The translations under genes and the position numbers were made by a program. From Tubulanus polymorphus (Eukaryota; Animalia; Nemertea), in assembly GCF_964204645.1 (NCBI RefSeq), contig NC_134031.1, positions 2,232,001 through 2,296,000 on the forward strand: a stretch of 64,000 nt of DNA, read 5' to 3'. Below the pieces are notes generated by a model. It saw only the letters and a program-made list of their open reading frames with translations. It was not told the origin of the DNA and ran no database searches. Shown in pieces: positions 1 through 13,500 of this stretch. The stretch's first letter is position 1; the number at the start of each line of letters is the position of its first letter.

Positions 1-560
1 GTATTAAAACCCGGGTAGATGTAGATCAGTTCTAGTTCATCCTATCGATATGTTTGTCTAAGTCTATTTTGAAGAGAGGGCTGGTATTTATTGTGTCGTG
101 TAAATATACACGTTTGACGATAAGTACTCGACGCGCTCGAAACATTCGACCCCGAGGCGCTTCTAAATCTAGAATGAGCTTCGCACTAGATATGAAACCA
201 TAAAAAAAGATACAATAAAGTATCGAGATTACAAGTTTTAAGTAGATATTAAAAAATTATCGCGCTTCGAATATTTTTCTTAAGAAGTCAATTTTAAGGT
301 TTTAGGAACGATACATGCTAAAATTAGAGGCGAAAACTAGAAACGTCTTTTCACGCGTCATTCGGGAAGCCGCAACCGAGAATTATAACAACATTATAAA
401 TTTCGCGTAGACATCATCGGCTGATATCAACGACGGTGACGTTTTAGGTAATCTATCTTCGTATTCATTTTCGTCTCGTTATTTCCGAGCCGAAACAGGT
501 GATTAGCTTTTAATTGTCGTTACCGCGGCAACAAATAACAAATGCGCTTGTTGCTCGTAG

Positions 561-893
561 CAGACGTATTTCTGAGTCGGGTTGACTGCAGACGTATTTC
601 TGAGTCGGGTTGACTGCAGACGTATTTCTGAGTCGGGTTGACTGCAGACGTATTTCTGAGTCGGGTTGACTGCAGACGTTTTCTGAGTCCGGTTGACTGC
701 AGACGTATTTCTGAGTCGGGTTGACTGCAGACGTTTTCTGAGTCCGGTTGACTGCAGACGTATTTCTGAGTCGGGTTGACTGCAGACGTATTTCTGAGTC
801 GGGTTGACTGCAGACGTATTTCTGAGTCGGGTTGACTGCAGACGTATTTCTGAGTCGGGTTGACTGCAGACGTATTTCTGAGTCGGGTTGATT
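561..893. repeat. 28-bp minisatellite (CAGACGTATTTCTGAGTCGGGTTGACTG), ~12 copies
   Basis: Directly abutting near-identical units, two of them 27-bp variants; no spacers. Confidence 0.95.
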
Positions 894-1020
894 GTAGATC
901 GGTTTCTCAGAATTACACGACAGTATTTCCTCGAAAATCCTGCGCAAGATGAACTACAACGTTGTCAATTTACGCTATTAATCAATTTACTCTAAAGGGA
1001 AAATTGATGAATTTCCTAGT

Positions 1021-1143
1021 ATCCACCTATTATCATTTTGCTGCTGAATTTATCCACCTATTATCATTTTGCTGCTGAATTTATCCACCTATTATCATTT
1101 TGCTGCTGAATTTATCCACCTGTTATCATTTTCCTGCTGAATT
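1021..1143. repeat. 31-bp tandem repeat (TTATCCACCTATTATCATTTTGCTGCTGAAT), ~4 copies
   Basis: Read directly from the sequence. Confidence 0.9.
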
Positions 1144-1940
1144 TCTTTTTCGCAATATTTTCAATGTTTTGATTTGAAATTGTTTTTAACGATCTCGCGA
1201 CCAGTTTGCCAAAGGGCCTCGTCCTCTTTTGCGATCTATTAGAACTGTGTTTGCATTGAGAGACTCAACCTCGGTCTGAGTACCTGTTATTCTACACACC
1301 TTCCATCCATCATAACATTACTAAGACCTCTTGTAAAGACTGTATATACTGTAGGAGTTTTAAGGAGGAACGCGGGCGGTTCGAGCTCATTTTTATTCTT
1401 TAGCCAACATTACTTTTAGTTCTATTGCATGTCTTAACAGTTTAAGACGGAAATAATTACTCCTTGATACTCCTTGATCATACCTGACAACCAACACCAA
1501 TCTTAAAATCTAAGCCCGTCTTTTACTTTCCCGGGATTAGCGGTAAAATGTTCATGTAATTGAATGAAAGACCAGTGAGGTTCTGATTAGACCAACATTA
1601 AAGCATTAATAGAAAATCCGTTCGGCACGCGGAAGCCCTGAATACAGGCGCGTTCACCTTTGACATTTGAAACAGTGTCGCGCAGTCGTAGGTTGTCGTT
1701 TGTCGCCGAGATGTGTTGGTTACTGATGATCGATACTGAAAGCAGCTCACATCTTTTACGATGCCCTGCGGGGATTTTATACCCAGCGAGAGCCGAGCGA
1801 GTACAGGGACCTATAAACCTGTATTGCTTTTATCTTAATCAGCTCAATACACGTTCAAAATTCTTCTCGTTATGAAAATTGATTTTCGCAGATCGAATTT
1901 CTGCCGCAGAATTTTTACATCCATGTTTACATTCACGGCG

Positions 1941-2023
1941 CTCTCTCTCTCTCTCTCTCTCCCTCTCTCTCCCTCCCTCCCTCCCTCCCTCCCTCCCTCT
2001 CCTCCCTCCCTCCCTCCCTCCCT

Positions 2024-2115
<92 letters not shown>
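1941..2115. repeat. (CT)n/(CCCT)n polypyrimidine microsatellite
   Basis: Pure pyrimidine tract; explains the spurious RE/SL-repeat ORFs. Confidence 0.97.
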
Positions 2116-2119
<4 letters not shown>

Positions 2120-2635
2120 GTTGAGATGGGATTAAGGGATGGTCGATTTCTTATTCGTAGAGATTTTTGACGGGAAAACGTTCTAATCTTCGGATGAATA
2201 TAAATTTTGACATGAAAAATTTCAATAGACAAAAAGTTCACCATCGCATCGCGTAAACAAGTTCAAGGAAAAATTATCAAAGTTCGCAAAAAAATTGAAC
2301 TTAAAGATTGTCTATTTCTGGGTTGATTTTTAGTTTAGGAAATATCCAAAGGGAGTGCTGGTATCAGTTGCTCAAAGAGTTATTTGGGTTATCTGGTGAA
2401 CAAATACCATAGTTAAACGCTGCAATTTCAATTGTCGCTATGGCATTAATCCACGAGTTAGTTTTATAATTAGAAATACCAAATGGAGTGCTTGCTATCT
2501 GTAATGAACTGTAGAGAAGTGTCATCTCATTTATCAGAGGTCACTGCGTTACGCGGAAACCACCGATGATTGGCGACCATCCTGATGAGAACTATCTCTT
2601 GAATCTTATTTCGACGATCTCGTTTTTCTTTCTAG

Positions 2636-5600
2636 GAAATGACGATTCGGTTATCGATAAAATCGCGAATGAAAATAAAATCAAGGAATCAAGGCGCGAC
2701 GGTGGTGATGGTGGTGGTAAGTATCGGTGTGATTTTTCCGATCTGTCTAATGGAACATTTTCAGGGCTGGATCCAGACGGAAGCACAAGGAGGTCCAGAC
2801 AACACCTGCCGCTCCAGTCACAATTTTCCCGTGCCCTGTGTTGAAAATACAATGGCGATATTTTTCAGGGAACTTTTTCGACCCATTTTCCCGTCCATCA
2901 ATTGGCCAGAAATTGTATGCAAAATGCACTGAAATTTCAGAATTTTCTAAGCCCTTGTTTTGGCTGCGTATATATTATATTTGCCCTTTTCATTTCTTTG
3001 TGCTCTTGACAAAGTCTGCCCCTGATTTTCTTTTCCCAGTTTTAAGAGTCTGTCCATCGATCTCTATTTGGAATTAATGCCACCAATCTCCTATCAATCC
3101 AGGTCATTTATCTTAAGAGATCTAATGTCCACCTCCACTTTAACCGCACTGCCGTCGTTCAGCACTCCGATTACCGGATCCCGGGAAAATTTTGTCCTTG
3201 AATGAAAGATATTGGCTGCCATCACGCGATGGAAGTAATTCTTATTTCGCTGTGAATTCAAGTCTTGAACCCTGGGGAAGGTGAAGTCTTGATGATCACT
3301 AAAATAAGTGGTGTTTGTAGCTCGTTTTCAATTAAAAATGCACCCCTGCATAAATGAATTGATTGTCAGAGGGAGTACAGGGTCCAGACTTAATGGGCAG
3401 GGTCCAGGTTTAGGGGGCAGGGTCCAGGTTTTAGAAGAACAGAATCTAGACTGGGGGGGCAGGATTCAGGTTTAGGAAGTGCTGAGTCTAGACTGAGGGG
3501 GCAGGATCCAGGTTTCAACGTGGATCCTACCCCCTCAGTCTAGCTCAGTAATGAGAGCACTGTAAGGCCCCTAAAAAACTTCACTCATTCAATCTTAAAA
3601 AAACCCAAAGAGCATTTTCAAAATCTCAGAATTCAAATAGTGATTTTTTCTGTGTCGGTTGTATTTTCAGGTCCGGTCGTAAGGCCACTCGATAAAAGCG
3701 CGGATGAAGTTAATAAACAAGCAGAGGAGCCTTCGAATACGCAAGGAGGAGGCGGTGGCGGAGGAGGAGGCGGAGGTGGAGGAGGAGGTGGAGGAGGAGG
3801 TGGAGGAGGTTCGCAAACGGTTCATAGACCTCCCTCGAAACCTCAACATCAAAGACAAGATAAAATCAACGTCGAATCAGAAGGAAATTTAGCATTTCTA
3901 AGTAAGTGAACTTCCTCATCTGAGGTTTACGAACTCCTCATCTGAGGTTTACAAACTCCTCTTCTGAGGTTTATGAACTCCTCTTCTGAGGTTTACGAAC
4001 TCCTCTTCTGAGGTTTACGAACTCCTCTTCTGAGGTTTACGAACTCCTCTTCTGAGGTTTACTGCTTCAAAAAACAATTATCGAAACCACATGATAAATC
4101 ATGCGCTTTGTAGGGAAAGTATACATATTTAACCTCCTCAGTTCGTCTATGCCACAGTGCAGTGTATAAACAGTACTTCAGCATTGGGCATTAATTAGTG
4201 ATCACTGGGGCAGGGTTAACCGGGCGGCCACTACTGATCTGGAAAACTCAAGGAGTCAAAATGATCTTGAAGCAATCAGGGAAAACATGGGGAACTTGAA
4301 ATTAAAAAGGGAATTGAAAAGAAGAAAAAAATGAAAAATTCAAGAGAATTTGGTTATTTTCATATGAAATTCAAGAAATTTTGGAATGGGGGAAAGTGGT
4401 AGGATCTGATCTGGATTAAGCGATTCTAAACGATTTTGACTCAACATAGATCGCCGGCACTGGTTGTATAGTAACCCTACCCGGGTTCAGTTCCGCGATA
4501 GATTGATGATGATATTGTCAGCTCGAATAGAACAGAATGATATCTGTAAACGGAGCTGAACTCGAGGCGGATGTTATAAATTACCGATCTACGGATTATC
4601 GAGGTGATTTCCGGTGATGTCAGTCGATATCGAGATACGTGTGATGAATTCATTCCTCTCGAGCTGCTTCTGCCGTGGCTGCTACTGCTGTGGCAGCTAA
4701 TGTGGCTACTGTGACAGCTACTTTGGCTGCTACTGCTGCTGCTGGTGCTATTGCTGGTGCTGCTGGTGCTGGTGCTGGTGCTAGGCTAGTGCTGGTTGTA
4801 TAGGGGAGTGAATGCGCCGAGTAAAGTTATTTTATTTGCATGACGTGACTGATAACTCGAAAATAGCCGATAGTTACCAGACTGCTGGTTATCTCTCTCG
4901 GGGAAGGGAGGGTGGCAGAGAATAAGATCCCTCTTAACAGCAGTCGTTTAGAGACTCGGTAATGATCGATATCTGCTCCGTGCTAGCGCTGAAATCGTCG
5001 TTCTTTTCATCGAGTTAACATTTAATGGGGTGAAATTATTGAATTTAGTTTGCTGAGATTCGGTTGCTTGTATTGCCTGCAGTGATCGCGTTTACACTAT
5101 ATTATTTTGAACGTCCTAGATTTAGTCTGTTCCATCATAGAGCGGACTAATTTAAACCAACCAAAAAGACCAATCCAGGTCGGTTCTAAGTTTTAGAAAG
5201 AACTGTGCATTGATAGCTATTTGCTTTGATAGCTTGTCAATCGTAGTATTAAGTCTAGCTGGAGCAGCGATAATGGCTGAAACATGTGTGAACGCACAGC
5301 CTTCATTTCGTCCGTTCATGATTCAGCCGTTCCTGAATGGAGTAACTAGCGATATTGTGAACGCAGCTTGTATGAGATATGCCCTAGGTCTGGGTCTGAT
5401 ACTTCAACTCGTATCATTCTCACTTATGACTATGTGATAATTGGCACATGTGTCACGACATGAAATGCCCCCTTTGTATTGAAATGTGTGTTAATTATAT
5501 CTTAACAGCTTTTCTATTCTCTATTTTGCAGTTCTATGCGGGGGTCTAGCTGCGTGCGGATTCATCGGGCTCGTAGTCGCCGGCGTTTGTTGGTATAAAC

Positions 5601-6677
5601 TACAGAAGACGAATAAAGCGGCCAGCGACGTCGACTACCCGGCGTACGGCCCGACCGGGCCGTCAAAGGAACGCATGGCGTCTCCCGGTGACCGCAAACT
5701 CGCCCAAAGCGTTCAGATGTATCACTATCAACATCAGAAACAACAAATGATCGCTTTAGAAAAGTATGATTTGAAAATTTTGAACTATTGTCTTTCAGTT
5801 TGATTGATTATTTGCTGATTTTATGATTAACCATTTCCTTAGTATTCACTAAGTCCTAGAATTGGAATATATCTAAACCTCGTAAAGCTGGATCCACATT
5901 CAAATTAAACCCACAGAATACAAAATCAAATAAAGTTCACACAATTATGGAACTGGGTCTAGAGTCGGAATTAAACCCGCACAACTGTGGTGTTGGGTCC
6001 AGATTTAGTTGAACCCACACAACTGTGAAACTGGATCCGTAGTCTGACTCTAAAAACTCATTCAAATTTCATATGAAAAAGTTTTGTTTTTGTGTTTAAG
6101 GGCAAATGGTGAAATGAAACACGACGCGTCTGATGATGATTCTGAAGAGGAGAATGAGGAGGGAGATTATACTGTATATGAATGTCCAGGATTAGCACCA
6201 GTAAGTGATTAAACCTTACCCCTTCAAACCTGCCGAAAAAATACTTCAGAGGACCTACTATTAGCATCGATAGTAATTACCCTAGCCCTAAACGTAATGT
6301 AACTGTGTAAATGTCATCTCTCTCTGGAGAGAAGTGACATGCAAGCTACAACTAGCATTACGAGTCACCTCTCACACCAGGTGGAGACAGAGACAATGAT
6401 TATAGATGTCTTGCCTAGGGAGAGTACAGTAATGCGTAGGGTTCAAACCGATGACTTGGCATCCCAGATTCTAACCACTCACTCTCCCACACGCTGCTCC
6501 TGTCCTGCCCTCGATCGTCGTATTAATTCATTTCTTATTTCTTTTCATTCGTAGACGGGCGAAATGGAGGTTAAAAATCCGCTATTCAGCGAGGACACGC
6601 AGGGCAGTCCAAACGGTAACGGTAACGGTAACGGTGGCGATAAAAAAGACAATTCGCACGAAGGTGGTTCCGGATAA
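2636..6677 (+). CDS. NPDC1: Neural proliferation differentiation and control protein 1 / cab-1-like type I membrane protein, 5'-incomplete
   Basis: Phase-compatible GT/AG exons 2636-2716, 3671-3901, 5532-5763, 6101-6200, 6555-6677 (possible extra exon 411-447). They encode a TM segment (ILCGGLAACGFIGLVVAGVCWYKLQ) and the family motifs GDRKLAQSVQMYHYQHQKQQM, EEGDYTVYECPGLAP and TGEMEVKNPLF. Confidence 0.92.
3908..4062. repeat. 22-bp minisatellite (GAACTCCTCTTCTGAGGTTTAC), ~7 copies, intronic
   Basis: Read directly; starts just after the splice donor at 3902. Confidence 0.92.
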
Positions 6678-7039
6678 CTAGAATTAGCGTAGGATAAAAA
6701 TGGAAATAGTGAATTAATTAGCGATAACGTCACTGACTGACTCACTCACTCGTGTGAAGGAGGAGGAGGATGAGGAGAATGAGGAGGAACAGACGTACGT
6801 CAGACGCGCAATTGATCCACGATTACTACAATAATCTATTATACATATACATATATTATATATATGAGGAAATGTGTCGAAAAAGTAATAATAATTATGT
6901 TGTTATGTCGTAGAAATTTCAGGGGAAGGGATGGGTGGGTCATCGGGGGCCGGGATAAAACATCAGAGTCGTTTTGTAGCGAACAGGTCTTTTATTTTTC
7001 TCGTTATTTCTGTAAATGTATATATCACATCGATTATTC

Positions 7040-7580
7040 GGCCTACATGAGTAGTAGGCCTACACCTACATGAGTAGTAGGCCTACACCTACATGAGTAG
7101 TAGGCCTACACCTACATGAGTAGTAGGTCTACACCTACATGAGTAGTAGGCCTATACCTACATGAGTAGTAGGCCTACACCTACATGAGTTGTAGGCCTA
7201 CACCTACACGAGTAGTAGGCCTACACCTACACGAGTAGTAGGCCTACACCTACACGAGTAGTAGGCCTACACCTACATGAGTAGTAGGTCTACACCTACA
7301 TGAGTAGTAGGCCTATACCTACATGAGTAGTAGGCCTACACCTACATGAGTTGTAGGCCTACACCTACACGAGTAGTAGGCCTACACTTACATGAGTAGT
7401 AGGTCTACACCTACATGAGTAGTAGGCCTGCACCTACATGAGTAGTAGGCCTGCACCTACATGAGTAGTAGGCCTATACCTACATGAGTAGTAGATCTGC
7501 ACCTACATGCGAAGTAGGTCTACACCTACATGAGTAGTAGGCCTAAACCTACATGAGTAGTAGGCCTACACCTACATGAG
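7040..7580. repeat. 23-bp minisatellite (GGCCTACACCTACATGAGTAGTA), ~23 copies, downstream of the NPDC1 stop
   Basis: Read directly; unit junctions form the palindrome GTAGGCCTAC. Confidence 0.95.
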
Positions 7581-10500
7581 GGTAGATCCCGTACTGTGAG
7601 AAAAACGATCGATTGAAAATTGATACGTAATTTCTGTTGTTATAAGATTCAGGCTCTGTTGTTAACCTTCTTCTAGTGTTTGGAGGGTTCAATAATAATC
7701 AAGAGACGGTATTTGGTCTGCCCTCTTGTTTACTTATTGTCGCTGTTTTCAACGTGGTCGTCAGTATCGTATATAGATATATAGTATAAGTATAAGAAAA
7801 ATTCTAGTCATCAGAAAATGAAAACAAAAAGTCGAGACCATTTTTTGCCGGGGCGACGTCAGCGACAATATTTTTAACAATCACGGACATGAATATCATC
7901 GCACGATGGCTTATGAGAATTTCCGGTAAAACTAAAAGTCGAAAATTCTTGGTGAGGTTTGAGAAGAAGTCATTTGAAGTCATCACAATATTTGTCAATG
8001 CTTCGATACTGCCTATTAAATCAATGATGTATGAATTGATTTTTTTGTAAATACGTTTAACGAGAAAGAAACTTCTTTTTTTCTGTTGTAAATAGACTCG
8101 AGGGTAAGCCTCGAAGAATCAGGAATCTATCGGATTCTCCTCCCGGTGGGCGGCAATTTCTGACCGGGCCGGATCCCGAGGGTCGAACAGTTTCTTCTCC
8201 ATACAACGAATTGTTTTAGTTCTCTATACGTTAAGCTAGGTGGCGCTCTGAGCGATGATAGTATGATTTCCCCGTTCTTGCAGATATAGGCAAACACTTA
8301 TTATTTCGCATCAACTCCATCGGAAGCCTCAGTTTCAAGGGTTCTTACAGATCAGGGAAAATCTGTGAATTCTGGATTTAATTTTCCTTCATAGGATTTC
8401 TAATTGGGGGATAAACATTCAAAATGGAAATTCTGACTCATTTCTTGAAAAGTCTGAGAATTTGAATTTTTGGTGCCTTGTTCTTGGTGATGACAAGTGG
8501 CACGAACAACCTCTTCAGAAGACACAGCCCTTACTAAAGATATCATAATTCAATCTGAGAACTTCCGGTCAAGGGTCAGGCAAATATTTGGATTTCCTGA
8601 TTAGTAAGATCCCTCGCGAGAGTGTTTCAACTTAAACTACTATACTTTTTCCATTGACTTTCTCATGAAACTGAACATGTGTGGGTTGGCGGGTATTCGA
8701 TTCTATTCGATTGTAATTCCTAGACTTACGTTAAATAGCAAAACTCTATAAAATTGGCGTCGTTAAGGCCGGGGTGATCCGGGCTCAGAACTTGCCGCCG
8801 TTCGGTTGCGGAGTTTCCCTATTTCAAATGTGACAACGCGCCAGTTGAAATTATCCTACAGTAGACTCGGCTTTACTCGGTTCAGTTCAGATCGTGAATA
8901 TTTCACTGAAATGAGAATCAGAAGTTTTCTATGAAATAAATTTTAGTCAAATTAGAGCTAAATCTAGAGCCATATATCAGAGTTAAGAGGAGTCTACTGT
9001 ATACAGCACATTCGTACACGAAAAATGGTTATTTTTATCAGAATTTGGAATATTAAAACAGTCAAACTCGTCTAAGTCGTCATAGCTGGTTGAATCATTA
9101 TGTTGCAGGCCAGGCTAACTTATATCTCTAATTGTGTGATAGTTATGACTAAAAATGAGAGTAATTCGATATCGAAAACAGTTGTTCGATAGAAAATGAA
9201 CTAGAAATTATTCCGATTTTGAGAGTATTTCGATAATTTCAGAGCTCTTGAAAAGAGTGAGAAACTACAGTAGTAGTCGTCATAGTTGACTACTCGTCCA
9301 AACGACAACTTACTCTTTACCGCAAATTTGACTTATATGCAAATTTTAGACTATCAGCGATGTGATGACTTATCCGATGATGACTTAGTCGCGTTCGACT
9401 GTTTACGAAATTCAGTGAGAAAAAAATCATTGCCAACAACGTATGAAATTATTATTATAATCATCGTAGTTGTCTTTGCCAGCTGCGTCGTCGTCGTCGT
9501 CGGGAATGAATTTTTTTGCGGCCGCGTCCGTTCGTTCGTTCGTACGTACGTGTGCTATTATTATAATATAGAGAAAATGTGTGAGAAATTTATTATCGAC
9601 AACAACAACAGCGTGTTATTGTGAAACACATGTTTCTGACCAGCGTTAGTCTGAATACATACGCGCTGTAAATACTCGTGTCGTTATGATATATAAAAGG
9701 CTTTAAAAAATCTTGATTTATTGTACTTGTAAAATCTGGTCCGCGATCTCGAAGTCACGCCTTATTCTCGCTTGTTTGTAAATTCGCAGCCTCGAAAATT
9801 TTATCTGAAAATATATATATATAGAAGCGTTTGAGTGGTGAAGTCGAAAATCTGTCGAAGTTTCGATCGAGCTTTTGAAATGAAATCGAGAGTCTCGATG
9901 AAGTTTGGATCTGAAAATTTTTTTGGCGGACGAGAGTTGATGATAATATACTCATGCCATTCTCGCGTAGACCGGGGTTGTTAGGGGGGTGGGCCGGAGA
10001 TGTCCTGTGCGGTAGTTGCAGGCACTGGTATGCGGGGATGAGTAGATGTTGTTTTCGACGCGTCGGCTACTCTCGGGTGAAGCTTTCGAAATATTCGTCG
10101 CGCAAGTTTTTCGTTCGAAATTCGTTTTCAGTTCATCGTGTTCTCCAGACACCAAAAAATAGACATTTGCGAAAACGCACTAAGTTGCGTTCATATCCCC
10201 TGTTTCATGCAATAGAGGTATGCAATGCGTGGAATTCATTCAGTTTTGTCGGTTGTCGGACGAGAATTTGCGCGATAATTATCTTGCGAAAAAATGGTTT
10301 CGAAATCTTTGCCCAAACGCGCGAAAAACACCAGTGATATATAAATACATGCATACATACATATAAGAATATATCTATATATTATGATATTTTGGAGCGG
10401 GCCACGAAGTGAACGGTCATTTTCTGTGTTCGGTTTTCAAGAACGACTTGTATACGACTCACGTGTACGAATTCATATATACTCAGTTCGAGGCTAGTCA

Positions 10501-13500
10501 GAAATTGGTGTAAAGAACCTGCAGTAAGTATTGCTTAGCTTTCATTGAAATCGGACGGTCGAGTTTTCAGTTTATTTCGATGTATTAGTTTTAGCTAGGC
10601 CGCCCCACCTCGATGGTCACGGATGGTTAACGGATTTAAGTTAAGCCATGAGATTAAGCGGGTTTTAATCGTGTGGATTAAGCTGATCCATTCATTTCGA
10701 ATCGGGATAGTTAGAAACCGTTCATCTGCACTGCCGTGTCTTAAGATCTTTTTTGTTCATCTGTATATAGTAGTAATCTTTGGTGGGTCTAAATTGGTCC
10801 ATTTTAAATTCGAACAGACCAAATTAAAAATGTTCTACAATAACGGTATTGGTAGTTTGAACGTGCAGTAAGAGTAAGGCAATAAGTCCACAGGTTCAAA
10901 CTAACTAAGTAGCTCTTCTCGAGTTTCTGTGTCGAAGTGTGGTCAGATGCACTTCATCTCACAGAAAACTGCCAATATTCTTTATGGCCCGCTCTTGTTG
11001 TTGTCATTGTTATCATTAATATTATTATTATTATCATTAATATTATTAATATGATAATTATCAATATTACCAATATATTATATTAGTTTCATCGCGTCAT
11101 GTGGTACATAATAATGATTCTGTGATTATATTTTTGGAGGGGGGTTTTTTGGAGTAGAGGTCGGCGTCAGTTCGAGCCGGTTTTGGTTTTTTTCGCCCTT
11201 TGATTTAATCGTGTTCAAATCGGTTTATGGCCCGATCTAAGCCTAATTTTACCCGATCATTCGTTCTTCGTCGTAGTTTTCGAATTAATTAACCAATTAA
11301 GTCAATTAGTAATCAATTAAGATGATTGACATTTCGCTTCGGCGTAATATAGTTTAATTTCAAAATCGTTGGCAAAATCGATGTCTTTTGATTTACCGAA
11401 AATTTCTATCATGATTCTTCAGTCAGATTATCAATTAATGATCAATTAAATAGTCAATTGCTTAATTAAGCTGATTGATAATTAATTGATCGATAATTAA
11501 TCAAATTAATTAATCGGACGAAAGTCAATTAATCTCCATTTATTTATTGAAATTCTCTCTATGAATAATGAGGTTGGATACCTCTCCGTTATTTTTACAA
11601 AACGTTCCTGTGATATTTTTTTTTTTTGTACGAATCCATTATTTTCTTCTTCGTATTTCCGCGGGTGATGAGAGAAAAAAAAAACGATTTAAAAGAAAAA
11701 AATCCGAAAATGTATTCGCGGACGAAAAATGAAGAATCAATGGCTACGTTTTCCCTAATCGCGTTTTCAACCTGTCGAAATTTCGAGTCAAGTTTCGTTG
11801 TAGTTCCGTACTTAAGGGAAAAAAGAACGAGGGACCTATTTATTTTACCAAAACTACGTCTCAACGCTGTCGCCTCCTTGACGCGAAAATAAACCTTATT
11901 TGAATAGAAAGACATTCCACAAACTCGATCCACAATCGTTCCACCAATTCGTTCACACTTGCTATCATCGTCACTTCGTATGTTGTATATACACAGTACT
12001 AATAATTAGCTTAATTATCATTATTTCATTATGGAAACTTATTTGCATTTATTTCAACTATGCGTTATATGGGCTATTGAGCAGGGGTGTAGCTTGTCGA
12101 TTTGGTCCTATACTGTTCTCTCGGTTTGGTTTAACCTCTGAACCGGTATGCAAAACGAAGTCAGGAATTTCATTTCGTAAATCGAGGTGACTTTAAGAAA
12201 ATCTCAGTAATATCGGTGGCTACGCTCCTTTACGAGACAATATACCGATCTCTGAATGAGAAAAAGGAAAGAAACAATAGTTCAACTCTTACTGTTATAT
12301 CTTAAAGATCTTATGAACTCTTTTCAACTCTTTGATTATTCTTTCGATGATTTTGCTTAGGTTTTAAAAGTTCACGCAGAAGTTTTAACTTTGTCAATGT
12401 ACTTGTAGTATGCTTGAAAGATTGCCCCGGCAGTGACCGTTATTCGCATCCATGCGCACCAGTCAAAAGCTTCTGACCCATGAACAGTGGCGATTACTAT
12501 GGTCACCTCCACTGTTATGTTCCCAACGTTTTGTTTTGACATCTAAATGATTTCCCGAAGTATGAAAAACGTGTAGTTATTCTTAACTGATTTGTCCCTC
12601 CACAACTATTTGTGTTGAAGCTTTCAGGACTGCTGCCAATCTTCCGTGGCTCCAACATTTTCAATTCTCGGCCAGCGGTGACGTTTTTCAACGGTCAAAA
12701 ATTCTTTGGTGAATACAAAATACCGACTGAATCGTTTATCGGTCGCGGCTTTGGTGCGCGTGGACGGACGGTTGTAAATTCGTTCATTACGATATATTAA
12801 GAAATGTAGATGATGAAATTTGTGGTGAATCGTTTTTGGGAAGTAGTTGCACAAGGTCACATCAGAGTTGTGTAGTGTCGTGTCCGTTGTATCGTATATC
12901 GAAATATGAGTAGAGTTTTAACAATTAATTCAATAATAATTCATTCTCAGAGTGGGTAATTTCAGTGATAACATCATTTACTATATCTATACTACACCCG
13001 TACAGATCTGTGTGGAAAGAAACCGGATCATTTCTTGTTTATGATTTTAATGAAACTGTTGTTCACTGGACGCGCGGAGATCGAATAGAATCTCTGTCTC
13101 GGTCTCCGCCACTTTCTCTCTTTCTTTTGCGAACGTCAGACAATGAATATTCGCCATTTCACTGATAATTATCGTGTATTGATAAAAGAAAATGAAACAC
13201 GTGTCCGAGAATAGAAATGATGATATTGTATTCAGTTTTTGTCTGCTGTTCAAAAAAATCTGGCATCAGAAATAAAAACTCATGTATATGTATAAACGAC
13301 TGGTTTAGTATTCGATCTATTTTCTCCAAGGATGTTCGCCTTTTCAGACTTTCAGAATCGAATATCTCCATTTACTTCCTTTTGTCAAAGGAAATGGCTT
13401 TGCTTTTAGCGATATATCTTTATCGCTAAATTTCCCAAATCAGTACACGATGAACATACACCCTTATGTCAGAAATGGGCCAGCACTCTACCCGCACTCT

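Noticed and set aside
510-947. CRISPR array or 145-aa repeat protein
   Set aside because: The repeats abut with no unique spacers and there are no cas genes; the ORF is a by-product of the minisatellite.
1844-2244. RE/SL-repeat ORFs
   Set aside because: Translations of a (CT)n microsatellite.
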